Shown here in pieces: positions 16,950 through 35,679 of a DNA stretch of 64,000 bases. This stretch comes from the human T2T-CHM13v2.0 reference genome, Homo sapiens: assembly GCF_009914755.1 (NCBI RefSeq), contig NC_060943.1; one strand, 5' to 3'. Under the pieces are notes generated by a model that ran no database searches, was not told the DNA's origin, and saw only the letters and a program-made list of their open reading frames with translations. How positions within the stretch are numbered: position 1 is the first letter of the stretch; every line of letters begins with the position of its first letter. The position numbers and the translations under genes were made by a program.

Positions 16950-17400
16950 CTAAATTCCACTTACCTACTTCAGTCCTTCTCTGAGGGAAGGTGGAGTTTG
17001 GAGGCAATTTTAGGAAGCAGGATGAGGAAACAGGGAAGGTGACACAGTGAAGGACAAGCCAACACAAGGGTGGATTACCAAGGCTGGTCCCCTCTACAGG
17101 CACCCAGGGCTCGGTCCCACGCGGACTGCTGAGTAGACAGAAGACCTTTCAGAATCTTCTGCCTCTCCCCCATTTGCTGAGAGTTCCCTGGGAACAGTAA
17201 CCCCCGTACCTTCGGGCTGAACATATGTTTGCATGCTGAATGGGCTCTTTCTGCCATCCCATGCCACAGCATTCAGGAAGCCCTGGGGCCAAAGCAAACA
17301 GCATGCTTGAGGCAAGGTGCTGTGAGGCCCAAATGAGCTGAAGCTTGCACAAAACTGCTCACCACTGCCATAGCTGAATCAGCGGAGGCCAGGAGGATGC
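16950..17400 (-). mobile_element. Old ERVL-type LTR (LTR33-like)
   Basis: aggaagcagga...cagggaagg...aagccaa...agggtg.attaccaagg resembles the LTR33 group. Confidence 0.4.
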
Positions 17401-17747
17401 GAGGCGGTGCCCGTGATTGTCTGATCATCTCCCTCTTGGACCGCTGAGACTCAGGCATGCCCTGCATCAAATCCAACCTGTCACCAGGTCTTCAAGGGGG
17501 AGGCCTGCGGAAATCCTACTGTGAATGAAACTACAGTTGCTATTCATCGTCTCCCTCCTGCACCTACCACTCCAGATGTCCCTCACTCTTGGCCAGCACT
17601 TTGGCTTGTTTAAGTTGTGTGCCAGGTGAGGTGACCACACCTTCCCCCCTGCAGTTTCTGAGTCTTTCCTGAGCTTTGTCTTGGTTGGCCCTTGGCTGCT
17701 GTGACTGCCTATTTTATCTAATTGCAGGTTCAAGATTCACCAAGAAG

Positions 17748-18107
<360 letters not shown>

Positions 18108-18164
18108 TCATGGAGAAACAACTCTATCTCCTTGCAATAATCAGAACTAGTTTCTCCTGCCAGT

Positions 18165-19770
<1,606 letters not shown>

Positions 19771-19929
19771 AATTGCCTCTGGCCCACTGACTTGAGAAGC
19801 CCAAGAGGACCAGGGAGTATTTGTATTTTCAAGTTCTGTAGAATTGGTGATGTTCCCTGGTGGAGGAGTCCACTCTCCGCTCCTCCTCCCCCATCAAGAA
19901 CTAAGACGTCGAATTTGCTAGAGCCCCAC

Positions 19930-21790
19930 CCAAAGCTGTGGACACAGGAAGCACACATTTCTCAAGGTGGTCTCTGCGAGTGATGGTGAGAGCAGCCGAT
20001 CTCACTCCCCCCGCCACCCCCTGGGTTTCCAGCCCCATGTCTTTCTGCTTTTGGGATCATAGCACCATGTGTCTGCTCTTGGTAAGGCACGTACACCACA
20101 GTTTCAAGGATAGTATCCCAATTATACAGGGTGTGGGCTCACGCTTTCACCCTGGCATAGCCTTGGCACAGGTCATCCTGATGTTCTTGTAGGCCTGCTG
20201 CTTCCAGAGGAACCTTGGAGCCATAGCTTCTTTGCTGTAAAACAGACCCCTTGGCTTGAGGCAGTGTTGTTCAAATCCCCTGCCAATAAATCAGAGACGA
20301 CCGTAAGTGCTCTGTTGGTGATGCCAGTGAAGGCACTGTTGCAAGGAAGGAAAATCCATATCCAGAGTCGGTGTTCACTCTGCTAGGACTCATCGCTGTC
20401 TCATCAATGACAGAAGGGGTCTCATATAATGAACTTTGCACTGTGACTGCCTGATCTCCTTGTGAAATGGTGCCATCTTGAGGGCTCATTATTAGTCCAT
20501 GTGGTTGGCAGGTAGGGCATTCAGTAGCGGCAGCAGCCAGGTCATCTCTAGCAAGAGGGAACTTGTGTTGGGCTCATGCCTCCCTTGACTTTTGCCACCA
20601 TGGCCACACCATTCATGGAACTATCTATTTCCCCTGCCGTGGGGTGGCTGATGCTGGCTGATGCCCAGAGGATGAACCATCCTGTCCACCCAGTTGCTAG
20701 GTGCCTCCTCTGCAGGAGAGGCTTTTTGGCAGACCTTAACGTAAGTCCAATGATTGGCACGCTAGTGCCATTTCCATAGGTCAGTAGTACTGATTTTTCC
20801 TTTTGTCTCAGACACCAATATGGCTCGGCACAGCAGTTACTGATCCTGTCTCTATTTGAAATTTTAATATTTTGCTCATCATGGATTTTTGTATTAATTT
20901 TAACTCTTTAAAATATTGCATTAACATATTATGCATCTTCATGTTATTATTATTCCTCTTCAGCTTCCCAAAGTGCTGGGATTACAGGCTGAGCCACTGT
21001 GCCCAGCTCAAATGCATTATTTTCACTGCTGATGTGTTGCTGTTGTGTCCTCCCAATCTATGGCTTAATGGGTCTCACTGTAATCAGTTCCAGGAACAAA
21101 GTCACTCACTGTCCTGTGGGTAGTCTCCGAGTCTCTGCGAGGACCCACTGCACGGCAGGAGCTAGTCTCAGACTGAGGTGAGTTCTCGGCAGCAGAAGGC
21201 ACCACCGCACTCCCAAGGGCTAAAGGTTTACCCTGCACCTCTCCTACTGAAGCTTGCAGAGGGTTGGCATGGCAGCCTTCTTCATCATAGGAGACTCTAA
21301 GACTGCTACTTTTGGCTCCTCTGGGTTGTGCAGCTTGAGTGGAAGAGCAGATCCTCTCACAGCCTAGACCTCCTGGCCAGCCGTTTCTTGCCCTAGACTC
21401 CACTCCGAGTGGCAGTCTCCCAAGCTGTCTAATAGGCGTATGGGAGAAGTATCAGCAAGTATGCTACTTCTAATGTCCCAGGTGGTGCACCCAGCACTGT
21501 GCCTCTTCCCTAGTGCAGCTGAAGGAAAGCTGCCACTGCCTGTGCCTTCCTTTACAAGGGTTGTCCTGGCATGTGTCAGACCACTGGGTCCCCTAACAAC
21601 CTTGCCAATGTGCCAGTCCTCTGAATGTTTCTGGGCTTTAGCCCCTGCCCTTGGCTTGCACGTGTCTTCTTCCTAGGACATCCGGGGTGCTTGTGTCATA
21701 TGCTGGTAGCATAATGTCATCAACAGTGCACCAGTGTGCTGTGCAAACTATCCCGAGACAGCCTGTATGCATGCAAAGTATGCTCAAAAG
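19930..21790 (-). mobile_element. ERVL-class (HERV16/ERV3-16A3-like) internal pol/integrase remnant
   Basis: Minus-strand DLAAAATECPTCQ (~20505-20543) and SPQDGTISQGDQ...NTDSGYGFSF resemble ERVL integrase; outer boundaries uncertain. Confidence 0.75.
20795..20935. mobile_element. MER45A-like hAT MITE, followed by a ~48-bp Alu 5' remnant (20960-21007)
   Basis: ggcacagcagttactgatcctgtctctatttgaaattttaatattttgctcatcatggatttt. Confidence 0.65.
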
Positions 21791-21797
21791 TACCCAA

Positions 21798-22563
<766 letters not shown>

Positions 22564-24464
22564 CTAATTTTGTAGTCGGACTCCTCCTATTTGGTTCCTG
22601 GGCGACCTTCAGTTCTTGAATTTTAGGGTTCCAAACAACAAGTGTTAAGTGAAGTTTGGGGCCTTTTAAAAGGTGTCAGTGCTTGAAATTTGAGACAATA
22701 ATAATAGCTGCCATCTTACGGTGAGTTTGTCAGCTCTGGGTTGTGAATTTTATGTCTGTGACTGCATCTCATCTCATTGATGTAAAAAGTAAAATTAGTT
22801 TTGCCAAGTACTGCCTTCAGTCATTGGAGGTTGGATTTCCCTGTTTCCAACTCTTAGGGAGTCTCTACTGGGGCCAGTGTGTCAGCATCACCTTGGCCCC
22901 TTCTATACCTTAATGCCCTCGCTGAAGGGTAAGCTGGGATCCCTTTGGCCCCACGAAGCATTAAAGCCTTCATGTCCTCTCATCAACACACCCCATTCCA
23001 GGGCTTCTGTGCCTCCCCAGCCTCCATGTCCCGTCCCCGGGGCCTCGAGAGCTGCTGATGCTTCTCTACACCCCCTCAGAGGGCTGCAGGGAACTGGGGT
23101 GGGTGTGCCCCTGTCTTTCCTGCCCAGGCTAATCCGCCTCGCACTCCCTTCCAGCCTCCTGGCTTGGGACATTTCAGTGTCCTCCACCTTTATACCAAAG
23201 ACTGTGCCCCTGTCACTATATCCATGTCAGCCTCTAAGCCCCCGGCTCCCAGGACCACATGCCAGGCCCTCTGATGAGCTCCCCAGCCACCCTTCTGTAA
23301 GGGTGTGCAGGTCCTGAGCACAGCAGGCACTCAGGCTGGAATAAGGTATGGGGCACCTCTTCCCGACGGCACCCTCAGTCTCTGCATGTGGCTCTCTCTA
23401 CTGGAATTTGGGAGGCCAGGGCAAGCATCTCCCTTAGGCTCCCCCGACAGCATGGGGAGACCTCAGCCCTCCCACCAGCCTGAGCGGTCCCAAGCTCAGC
23501 CGCTAGCCACAAGCCCCAGGTTTGCTGCCCAGGCCCAAGCTACCCACGGGCAGTGAGAAAGGTACCATCTCCCAGAATGGGACCCTCTTGCCTGTGTGGT
23601 CAGTGCCCTTTCTCCTGGATACAGACCTTCCTGAGCAGCCAAAACTTCCTTCTCGCCCGACGGGCAAGGAGACCTGAGGATTAACCGCATGCTTAGCAGC
23701 TTCCTGGAGGCCCCCCCTTGGAACTGGAAATAGTCCTGGATACCATGATTGAAGCAACTTCAGGCTGTACTGAGCCCACGCCTGGCTCTGGGGTTGCCCT
23801 CCTCTGCACCTCCTGTCTGGTCACCTCTTGCTTTTCCTATGCTATGCAGCCAAGCAGGTGACCAGGAAGGCCTCTCACCCAGAAGCCACCTGGCTCCTGC
23901 TACCCACTGTGCACTTGTTCCAGGTGCATTCCCAAGGGCCGACTTCCTTGGTTCATTTTGACAAACTTTGAGGTTGCTCGTCATAGCCCTTAAGAATGGA
24001 GACAAACACCCTCCCTCCCCCATTTTCCAACCCCCGATGTACACGGGCAAAAAACAGAAGCTCAGAGAGGGTGAGGACTTTCCACAGAGTCACACAGCTG
24101 GTGAAGTCGCTGGTCTAAGCCTTTAACTAGGGCCAACTTGACCCTTCACCTGCCTGCCTTTTCCCACCCCTGCCCTCCCTACAGGTGCTGTCTGCATGTA
24201 GAATCTTTCAGGCCCAGATTCAGGATGTCCAGCTGAGTGTGGGAAGGGTGGTGTGGTATGGGCCCAGCCACATGGTAGCTGAAAGGCTCTGGGGCCAGGG
24301 GGTCCTAGCTCCCAGCCCCGCCCCTTAGAGCCTCACCAGGGACTCAAGTCTATTGACACAAGGGCCAGCACCTGTCACGAGGTCATCTTCCCTAACATAT
24401 ACTTTCATTTAGGGGCAAAGAACTTCTCTTTTTGTTATTTTGCATTAAAATAACCAAGATTCAT

Positions 24465-24770
24465 CCAGACGTGGTGGCTCACACCTGTAATCCCAGAACT
24501 TTGGGAGGCTGAGGTTGGAGGATTGCTTGAGTCCAGGAGTTAGAGACCAGCTTGAGCAACATAGTGAGACTCCATCTCTACATAGAATTTTAAAAACTTC
24601 CAAAGAATTAAAAAATATATATTAGCCAGGCGTGGTAGCATGTGCCTATAGTCCCAGCTATTGCGAGGCTGAGGATCACTTGAGCCTGGGAGGTCGAGGC
24701 TGCAGTGAGCCCTGACTGCACTACTGCACTTTAGCCTGGGAGACAGAGTGAGACCCTGTCTGAAAATAAT
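24465..24770 (+). mobile_element. AluJ
   Basis: Dimer with an expanded central A-rich linker. Confidence 0.9.
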
Positions 24771-24924
24771 CAAGATCAACCCTGGACAGAAAGGAATTGC
24801 TAGAGTAATACCCTTTGACCTGAAATGCTGTGGGGTCTAAGGTGCTGCCTTCCCCTCCGCCCTGTGTGCTAGTCCTTGTATGTTAAGACTCAGTAGTTCC
24901 CCGTATCCCAGTAAAAAGGCAGGG

Positions 24925-25030
24925 GTGGGATGATGGGTACACTAAAATCCCATTCCCCACCAGCACACAATATACTCAGGTAACAAACATGCGCATGTAC
25001 CCCTTGAATCTAAACTAAATTAAATTTTAA
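24925..25030 (+). mobile_element. Primate L1 (old L1PA/L1PB) extreme 3' end
   Basis: gatgggtacactaaaa...gtaacaaacatgcgcatgtaccccttgaatctaaa. Confidence 0.75.
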
Positions 25031-25405
25031 ACAAACGCAAGGGTGTGACCTGGATGGAGTGGTACAGTCATCCCCTGGCACCAAGCAGCCCATTAGCCCA
25101 GAATGGTTATCTGATCAGATGCCTGTCTCCTATGGACCTATGGGAGCTGGACACAGGGAAGGAGCCTTTGATGCCGTGGAACAAGGTGGAGGAATTGTCC
25201 ATGCGAAGTGGCCCCTGAAGAACTGGTACGAAGGGGTTGGCTGCAGTGGTTTGAGAGTCAGGGACTGGGTTGGGGGCCTGGGCCTACAAGGCTTTCTAAG
25301 CCCCCTAGGACTGGGGACTTTGTCCTGGATGCTATGGGAGGCCACTGAATGGGGTGGGATAAGGGGCAGGAAGGATGGGTCCACAAGAAAACTGATCAGA
25401 GTGAC

Positions 25406-26035
<630 letters not shown>

Positions 26036-26089
26036 TGAAATAAAAAATTCTGGCCAATAAAACAACAACAAAAAAGATCCTGGAACCCT

Positions 26090-26410
26090 TCTTTCTCCTT
26101 CTTGCTCCCTCTCTTGCCACATGACATGCCTGCTCCTCCTTCCCCTTCTGCCACGAATGGAAGTTTCCTGAGGCCTCACCAGGAGCAGGTGCTGGTGTCA
26201 CGCTTCTTGTACAGCCTGCAGAACCGTGAACTAAATCAACCTCTTTTCTTTTTAAATCACTCAGCCTCCAGTATTTCTTTATGGCAATACAAAATGGACT
26301 CAGACACTCCTTGATCTCAAACGTCCCAGCTTTCAGAACGGTGAAGCATAACTGTTCATTGTTCAAGCCCTGGCTCATGGTATTTTGTTATGGTGGCCTG
26401 AGCTAATACA
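26090..26410 (+). mobile_element. MSTB-like LTR 3' half followed by an MLT1 LTR end
   Basis: cttcttgtacagcctgcagaaccgtga...ggactcagaca, then ggtattttgttatgg...gctaataca. Confidence 0.75.
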
Positions 26411-27818
26411 GGAGGCCGGCTGGGGGCCTGGCCCTTGAGAGATGGGGGAGGCTTAGAGCACAGCGGCAGGGGAGTAGGGAAGAAGCAGACAGGGTAGAAG
26501 ACACATTCTGTAGTGACAGACCCACTCACTGGTTATGGTCTGGAGACTGGGATGGAAGAAAAAGGACCTCAGGAATGACTGCCAGGTTTCTGGGCTTGAG
26601 CTACAGGGGAGGTGGAGACACTATGTCCTGGGCAAGGAGTTTTGTTGTGGAAGTTCCAGCTCTGGAGCACTCCAGCCTTTAGAGGTCTGGTTAAGGAGAA
26701 GCCCAAGAGGTGGGAGGAAGACAGGAGGGTGGAGAGTCACTGAGACTGGTGCACAGTGTCTCCAGAAGCACGGAGCACCCCCTTTCAATGGCAACCTGGC
26801 TTTGTAGGACTTTTGACACGCTTACCCCCACCGGCTTTCCCCGCGCCTGCATGGCCTCTCTAACCATCCACATCCATGGTGAGGGTCCCTCCCTTGCCTG
26901 CCATTGCTCCATCCACCCAGTCCCCAACTCGGTAGATTTGTATTGTGTCCATCCTTTGAGGCTCTCCTCCACTCCCCCAGCTCCTGTCTCAGAGTCCCCC
27001 AGCCTCTTGGGTCCCCCTCTGTGTCTTGTGTAAGAGCTGAGTGTGCTCTTGTCTGTTTCCCAGGAGGTGAGCTCCTCACGTACAGGGGTCGCGCTGCCTC
27101 CTCCTCTGACTCCCTGGCTCTGAGCGAAGGCTCTGGCATCTGTAGCCATGAGAGGAATGTTTGCCGAGTGACCCCATGAGCGAGTGATGCCAGCATAAAG
27201 GCCAGTGCACCCAAGGCTGGCCCAAAATATCCTCTGGCAACCAGAGCCGCCCCGCCGGGGGATGCATTCTGCCTTTGAAAGTAGTGAGTAGCACATCCTT
27301 ACAGGTACCCAAGAGGAGAAGGATTGGACACTATTCAGGGTGGAAATGGATGAGGGGATCCCTGCGATGGGGGAGAGGGTCTGACTACCCATCCCCTAAG
27401 GACAGTCCCTGGTCTGGGGCCTCCCAGCCTGAGAACGAGGCAGGAGCCACCACCATCGGAAGCTGTCAGATTCACAGTCATAATTCCAGAGTGTGACACT
27501 TAGTTAATCTGAAAATATTTGCTAACCTATTATGAATAACAATATTTGCAGCTTAAAATGCTTACCCTCCATAGCTCCAGAGTGTGAAGATGTGCTTCTA
27601 CCCAGACAAAGATGTACTCACTACTATCCGAGCAAATTGACACAGGGAGCTTATGAGCCTAATTGTTGGCATCTCAGGCTGATTTGCGTCCCCTGGGGCC
27701 ACTCTGATAACTTGGCTAAACAAATACAGGAGGTGCTGTAGGGACAGGCTCACAGGGCCAGAGGGCTCCATGGAGCCGGATGACGGGGAAGTATTTCAGG
27801 CCTCTCACCAGAACCTCC

Positions 27819-28372
<554 letters not shown>

Positions 28373-29054
28373 ACCCCCCTCACCCCATCTCATCACAGAG
28401 TCTCTGGACTTTTTTTCTTGGCTGCCTATATGGTTCTTAGGGTCATCTTCACAGTCAGCTACGGGGTGTGGCCAGGCCCCGTGGGTATGTGGTTAAGGTC
28501 ATTGGCTAACATGGATGACCAAGGCCATTGCAGTTCCCAGACACTGAGAGGCTCCACACACTTGTGGATGGGGGTCTGTCTTTCCTGAGGAAGGGTCAAT
28601 GGCCAGCTCGAGGCTGTGTCCACAGATAAAGATGTTTGCACAGAATGTGGAGCCCAGAGGAGACAAGGATCTATCAAGGGCCTCCCAGGAGCTTGTGCCA
28701 GAATGTGCAACTCAAGCCAGTGTTGGCATGAAGGAAACTTGGCGTAACTGCAGAGACCACGGCTTCTTCAGAGCCTCACATCTCCTGTGTTGGTGCCATC
28801 GCAGCTGCACAGCCCCCAGCCCTAACACCCAGGACACCTGAAGCAAGAGCCCTTTCCTGTGGCTCCAGCTGAAATCCAGGGGCCCCTTTCTCTCCCTAGC
28901 CCAATTCATGCCCCCTCTAAACCTTTGCTGTGGCCAGGGTTTAGAGGGGGCATTGCTGGCCCCACCCAAGAGGCAAGGTCTGAAAGTGGAGAAAGACGGA
29001 TTCCCCAAGACTAGCTGGGATGCTCTTACAAGAATGACAGAAAAGAGATGCTGG

Positions 29055-30360
<1,306 letters not shown>

Positions 30361-30589
30361 CAAAGGATGACTGACCTGTGTCAACATCCAGAGTTCCCAT
30401 CTCAGCTATGTGCACAGGAAGGGCCAGTCTTTCTCCTTTACTCTCATTCACTCTACAGATGCCTACCGGGTACCTGCCAGGTGGGCCAGGCCCTGTTCTC
30501 ACCACTGCTCTGAATGGTCACCACAGAGAATGGTCTCCCTCCTCTCAGGGAGCCCATGTTCTGCTTGGGGAAGGCAGCCAACAAGATCT

Positions 30590-30925
30590 AAAGCGTCGCT
30601 GAGTGACAGGGACATGTCCTGTGAAATGCATGGAGAGGTGATGTTGTCATTGTGTGGACGTCACAGAGTGCACTACACAAACCTGGATGGGGTTGCCTAC
30701 TGCACATCTAGACTGCATGGTGTGGCCTGTGGCTCCTAGACCACAGACCCAGACAGCACGTTACTGCGCTGAATGCCGCAGGCAGCTGGAACCCAGTGGT
30801 TAAGTATCTGTGTACCTAAACAAATCTCAACTTAGAAAAGGTACAGTAAAAATATAGTATTATCATTGATGGGACCACTGTCACCACTGCACACTGCCTT
30901 TGACCCAAACATTATTCGGTGCATG
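30590..30925 (+). mobile_element. Tigger3 (MER7-type) DNA transposon
   Basis: cacagagtgcactacacaaacct.gatgg...gtatctgtgta.ctaaac...tagaaaaggtacagtaaaaat. Confidence 0.8.
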
Positions 30926-31607
30926 GCCATCGATGATGGAGATTGCGATTCGTGTACTGGAGAAAATAAAGCGAGGTGGGCTGAGAGTGGGAGGCCCGCA
31001 GGGCAGGGCACTTTGGATCAGGTTGTCAGGAAATGCCTCCCCGAAGAGGGCGCATTTGCAATTAAAGCCAAGTGACAAGAAAAAACTGCCATGCACAGAT
31101 CTGGGGTCTAGAGGGTGGGGCAGGAGGGACAACAAGAGCAAAGGCACTGGGGACGGAAGGGCTTCATGGGCAGTGGGAGCCCCACGGGAGCCCCCTAGGT
31201 CTGGCTTGCAAGCTCTCTGGCCCTCTGCTGGACACCCCAGAGCAAGCCAGCCCCTGCCTGGGACTCCCTGAACACACTGCCCCCAGAGAACCACAGGCAG
31301 AGGGACTGGCTCACCTGAGTTCCACAGGAAAGACAGACTGTCCTGAGAACAGACACTCGCTCATTTTCATCACTGTTCCTCAAACAAGTAGATTTTGTTT
31401 TAAAGCAAACAAATAAACAGCGTTGTCAAGTTGGTCAAGTTTGTTGTTTCTTACCCAAACTTCCCCTTTAAATCTTCGGCAGGACAGAGGAGGACCCTGG
31501 GCTTCTTGTCAATTCTCTGACTTCAAGGAAGAGTCTGATCAACCCAGGCTCACTCGCAGGCTTGAAAGGGGCCTCTAGCGAGGCCAGGGTGGGAGCAGAG
31601 ACCGTAA

Positions 31608-32025
<418 letters not shown>

Positions 32026-32060
32026 TGAGATATAGGTATAGGTCTCTCTCTCTCCCCGTT

Positions 32061-32070
32061 TGTCTGTCTG

Positions 32071-32108
<38 letters not shown>

Positions 32109-32122
32109 ATCTATCTATCTAA
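32061..32122. repeat. (TCTG)n(TCTA)n tetranucleotide STR
   Basis: Direct reading. Confidence 0.95.
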
Positions 32123-32737
32123 TCTGTCATCGAGAGAGTGATTGTAGATAGAGGCACAGATACAGATACAGAAACTGGAAGCTATTTTCTGAAAATAGAG
32201 TGGCATCCACCACTGTGGTCCATGGTGATGCAGCCCTGCGGGTGGGTCTGGGGACATTAGCAGGCAGGGCAGGAAGAGTCTGGGAGCCAGGGAGCCTTCC
32301 CCAGACCTCTAGCATCCACCCCCAGGCTTTTCCACTGCACTGTCGACACTGAAGGTCAAGTTATGCCCCAGACTCCTACTGCTGGAGGGGCTTGGGCCAT
32401 ATTCCCAGGGCCAGTGAGGCCAGGAAGCCAGTACTTCCGTTAGCTAAGAAGTCACCAGGCACAGGACCCCAAGGCTCAGGGGCACTCGCCAGTGATGGCT
32501 GCAGGGAAGGTAGGAGACGCACAGCAGCAGGCCACTGGGCCGGGCTCCTATACCACCTGGAGGAGATGTGACAGCCTCACTTCCAGGAGCCTGGCCCTGG
32601 CCAGCAGCGTCTGTGGTCCTTCGGCAGGCAGCTAGATGTGGCCACTTTGCAGGTGGCCTTTCATAGCACCTAGAATGCCCCTGCTCACTCATCTGTGAAG
32701 CAAGGACGCCACTCTCACTCTGCCTGTCTTGCTGTCA

Positions 32738-33070
<333 letters not shown>

Positions 33071-33072
33071 TA

Positions 33073-33375
33073 GGCCAGACATGGGGCTCATGCTTGTAAT
33101 CCCAGCACTTTGGGAGGCTGAGGTGAGTGGATCAGGCACCCGTCACCTGAGGCCCAGGCATGAGGCACCCATCACCACGCCCAGCTAATTTTCTATTTTT
33201 AGTAGAGATGGGGTTTCACCATGTTGGTGGTGGGCTACGTTCCCAGGGCCAGAACTCCTCACCTGAGGTCATGAGTTCTACACCAGCCTAGCCTGGGGTC
33301 AGATTGCTTGAGTTTGAGAGAGCCTGGGCAACGTGGTCAGACCCTGTCTCAAATTTAAAAAAATAAAAATAAAAA
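33073..33375 (+). mobile_element. Scrambled Alu left monomer with an internal inverted Alu segment
   Basis: Sense arm broken at GGATCA by ~170 bp of mixed-orientation pieces. Confidence 0.85.
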
Positions 33376-33795
33376 ACATTCAACATATATGTTTGGAGCA
33401 CCTACTATGTGCCAGGCCTCAAGGTCATGAGAAACAAAGGTGGATGAATGATTCGAAGACCCGCCTCTGGCCTCCCCAGCACTGACAGGGTGGGCTTATG
33501 AAAGGGCTTCTAGACTGCTCACCGGCCTGCACGTGGGACACGGAACCTCCTCTGGGACATGGAGCCTACTCTGAGGGCAGAGATTGAGCATGGTTTACAG
33601 CAGGTGTGCCACCCTCCAAGCCAGAACAGGGCCTAATGAAAATCCCATGCTGAAATATTTCTGTATTTTGTAAGGAATATTCAGTGTCACAAGAATGTGA
33701 GGCTGTGGGGTCAGATCGTTTCATCCAGCTTCTGGCACAATTCAGTGTTCTTGGGGGAGACCCGGGAGGTTTAGGAATAGAAAATGGATGGGACT

Positions 33796-34080
33796 GGCTG
33801 GGCGCAGTGGCTCACACCTGTAATCTCAGCATTCTGGGAGGCTGAGGCAGGTGCATCACCTGAGGTCAGGAGTTCGAGACCAGCCTAGCCAACATGGTGA
33901 AACCCCAACTCTACTAAAAATAGAAAAGTAGCTGGGTGTGGTGATGGGTGCCTGTAATCCCAACTACTCAGGAGGCTAAGGCAGGAGAATCACTTGAACC
34001 TGGGAGGTGGAAGTTGCAGTGAGCTGAGATTGTGACATTGCACTCCAGCCTGGGCTACAAGAGCAAAACTCCATTTCAAA
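33796..34080 (+). mobile_element. AluSx/Sq
   Basis: TSD AGAAAATGGAT(G/A)GGACT before the Alu and after the purine tract. Confidence 0.93.
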
Positions 34081-34101
34081 AGAAAGAAAGAAAGGAAGAA
34101 A

Positions 34102-34132
<31 letters not shown>

Positions 34133-34370
34133 GGAAAGAAAAAGAGAGAGAAAGAAAGGAAAGAAAAGAAAGAAAAGAAAGAAGGGAAGAAAGAAAGAAA
34201 GAGAGAGAAAGAAAGAAAGAAAAAGAAAGAAAGAAAAAGAAAGAAAGAAAGAAAGAAAAAAGAAAGAAAGAAAGAAAGAAGGAAAGAAAAAGAGAAAGAA
34301 AGGAAAGAAAAGAAAGAAAAGAAAGAAGGGAAGAAAGAAAGAAAGAAAGAGAGAGAAAGAAAGAAAGAAA

Positions 34371-34422
<52 letters not shown>

Positions 34423-34424
34423 AA
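34081..34424 (+). repeat. ~345-bp pure purine (GAAA)n-type tract derived from the Alu tail
   Basis: Only A and G; marker GAAGGG at 34181 and 34325. Confidence 0.95.
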
Positions 34425-34437
34425 ATGGATAGGACTA

Positions 34438-34660
<223 letters not shown>

Positions 34661-35310
34661 CTGGTTCCTGATGGCCCAACCTTGCCTGTTCACACCAGCT
34701 CTGGGCCTGTCCCCCATGGACCAAGCTCTGGATTCCTTGAAGGCCACCAGTCTCCAGCCTCCAGTCCAGGGTCACTGTTCCTAAGGGCGTGCCCAGCCTG
34801 ACCAGATCCTCATGTGAGGGAGGCACAGGGACAATGTTCCAGGATGGGCCCTTATGCCTGCTGGTGATGTCAGTGACAAGCCCAGGGCTCAGCCTGCCCC
34901 TGTGTCCTTCTCCAGGTGGGTTTGGGCAGCCTGGACCAGAGGGTGCAATGAGCTTGTCTGACCCCATCTGTGCCGGGAGGGCGGGGGCCTGCATTGTAAG
35001 TCTGGCCGTGGGGGCCCTCAGTTTCTGTCCTGTATTTTTACATTCTAATTATTTCATATATGGCCTTCTGATGGACTCATTTACTGGGAAGCTAAAGATA
35101 CCCTTCAATGTCTAAAAATAAACCTGAACTGCTAAAAATTCAGCATTTCTCTCCCTCGCTTCCACCAGCTGGGCCTGTCTGCTTTTACTCCAACACCATC
35201 AGGAGCTACAAACAAGATTTACAAAAGCCAGCAAGTTTACACGGGCCTGAATAGCAGATTCTCTTTTATCTTCAATTTGACAAAACATTTTGGGGTTGTT
35301 ATTATTGAGG

Positions 35311-35376
35311 CTTTCTTTTCTTTTCTTTCTTTCTGTCCTTTGTTTCCTTCCTTCCTTCCTTTTTCTTTCTTTCTTT

Positions 35377-35422
<46 letters not shown>

Positions 35423-35522
35423 TCTTCCTCTTCTTTCTTCCTTTTTCTTTCTTTCTCTTTCTTTTCTTTCTTTCCTTTCTTCTTCCCTTTATTCTTTTTT
35501 TCTATCACTTCTTCTGCTCCTT
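35311..35522. repeat. Pyrimidine-rich (TTTC/TTCC)n tract
   Basis: Direct reading. Confidence 0.93.
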
Positions 35523-35679
35523 TAGTCTAGTATTTAGGAAAACTTTCGTCCAAATGCAAGCTTCCAAGATGTTCTCCCTCTGGTCTGCCACACCTCCTTT
35601 TCTTACTTCAATTATTTTAAGACACTCTCCCAATTTCTATGAGTACCATGCGGATGGCCTGAAGGCCGGTTAAGAATAA

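Noticed and set aside
26691-27392. 233-aa minus-strand ORF
   Set aside because: No domain, codon or splice support; consistent with chance in GC-rich DNA.
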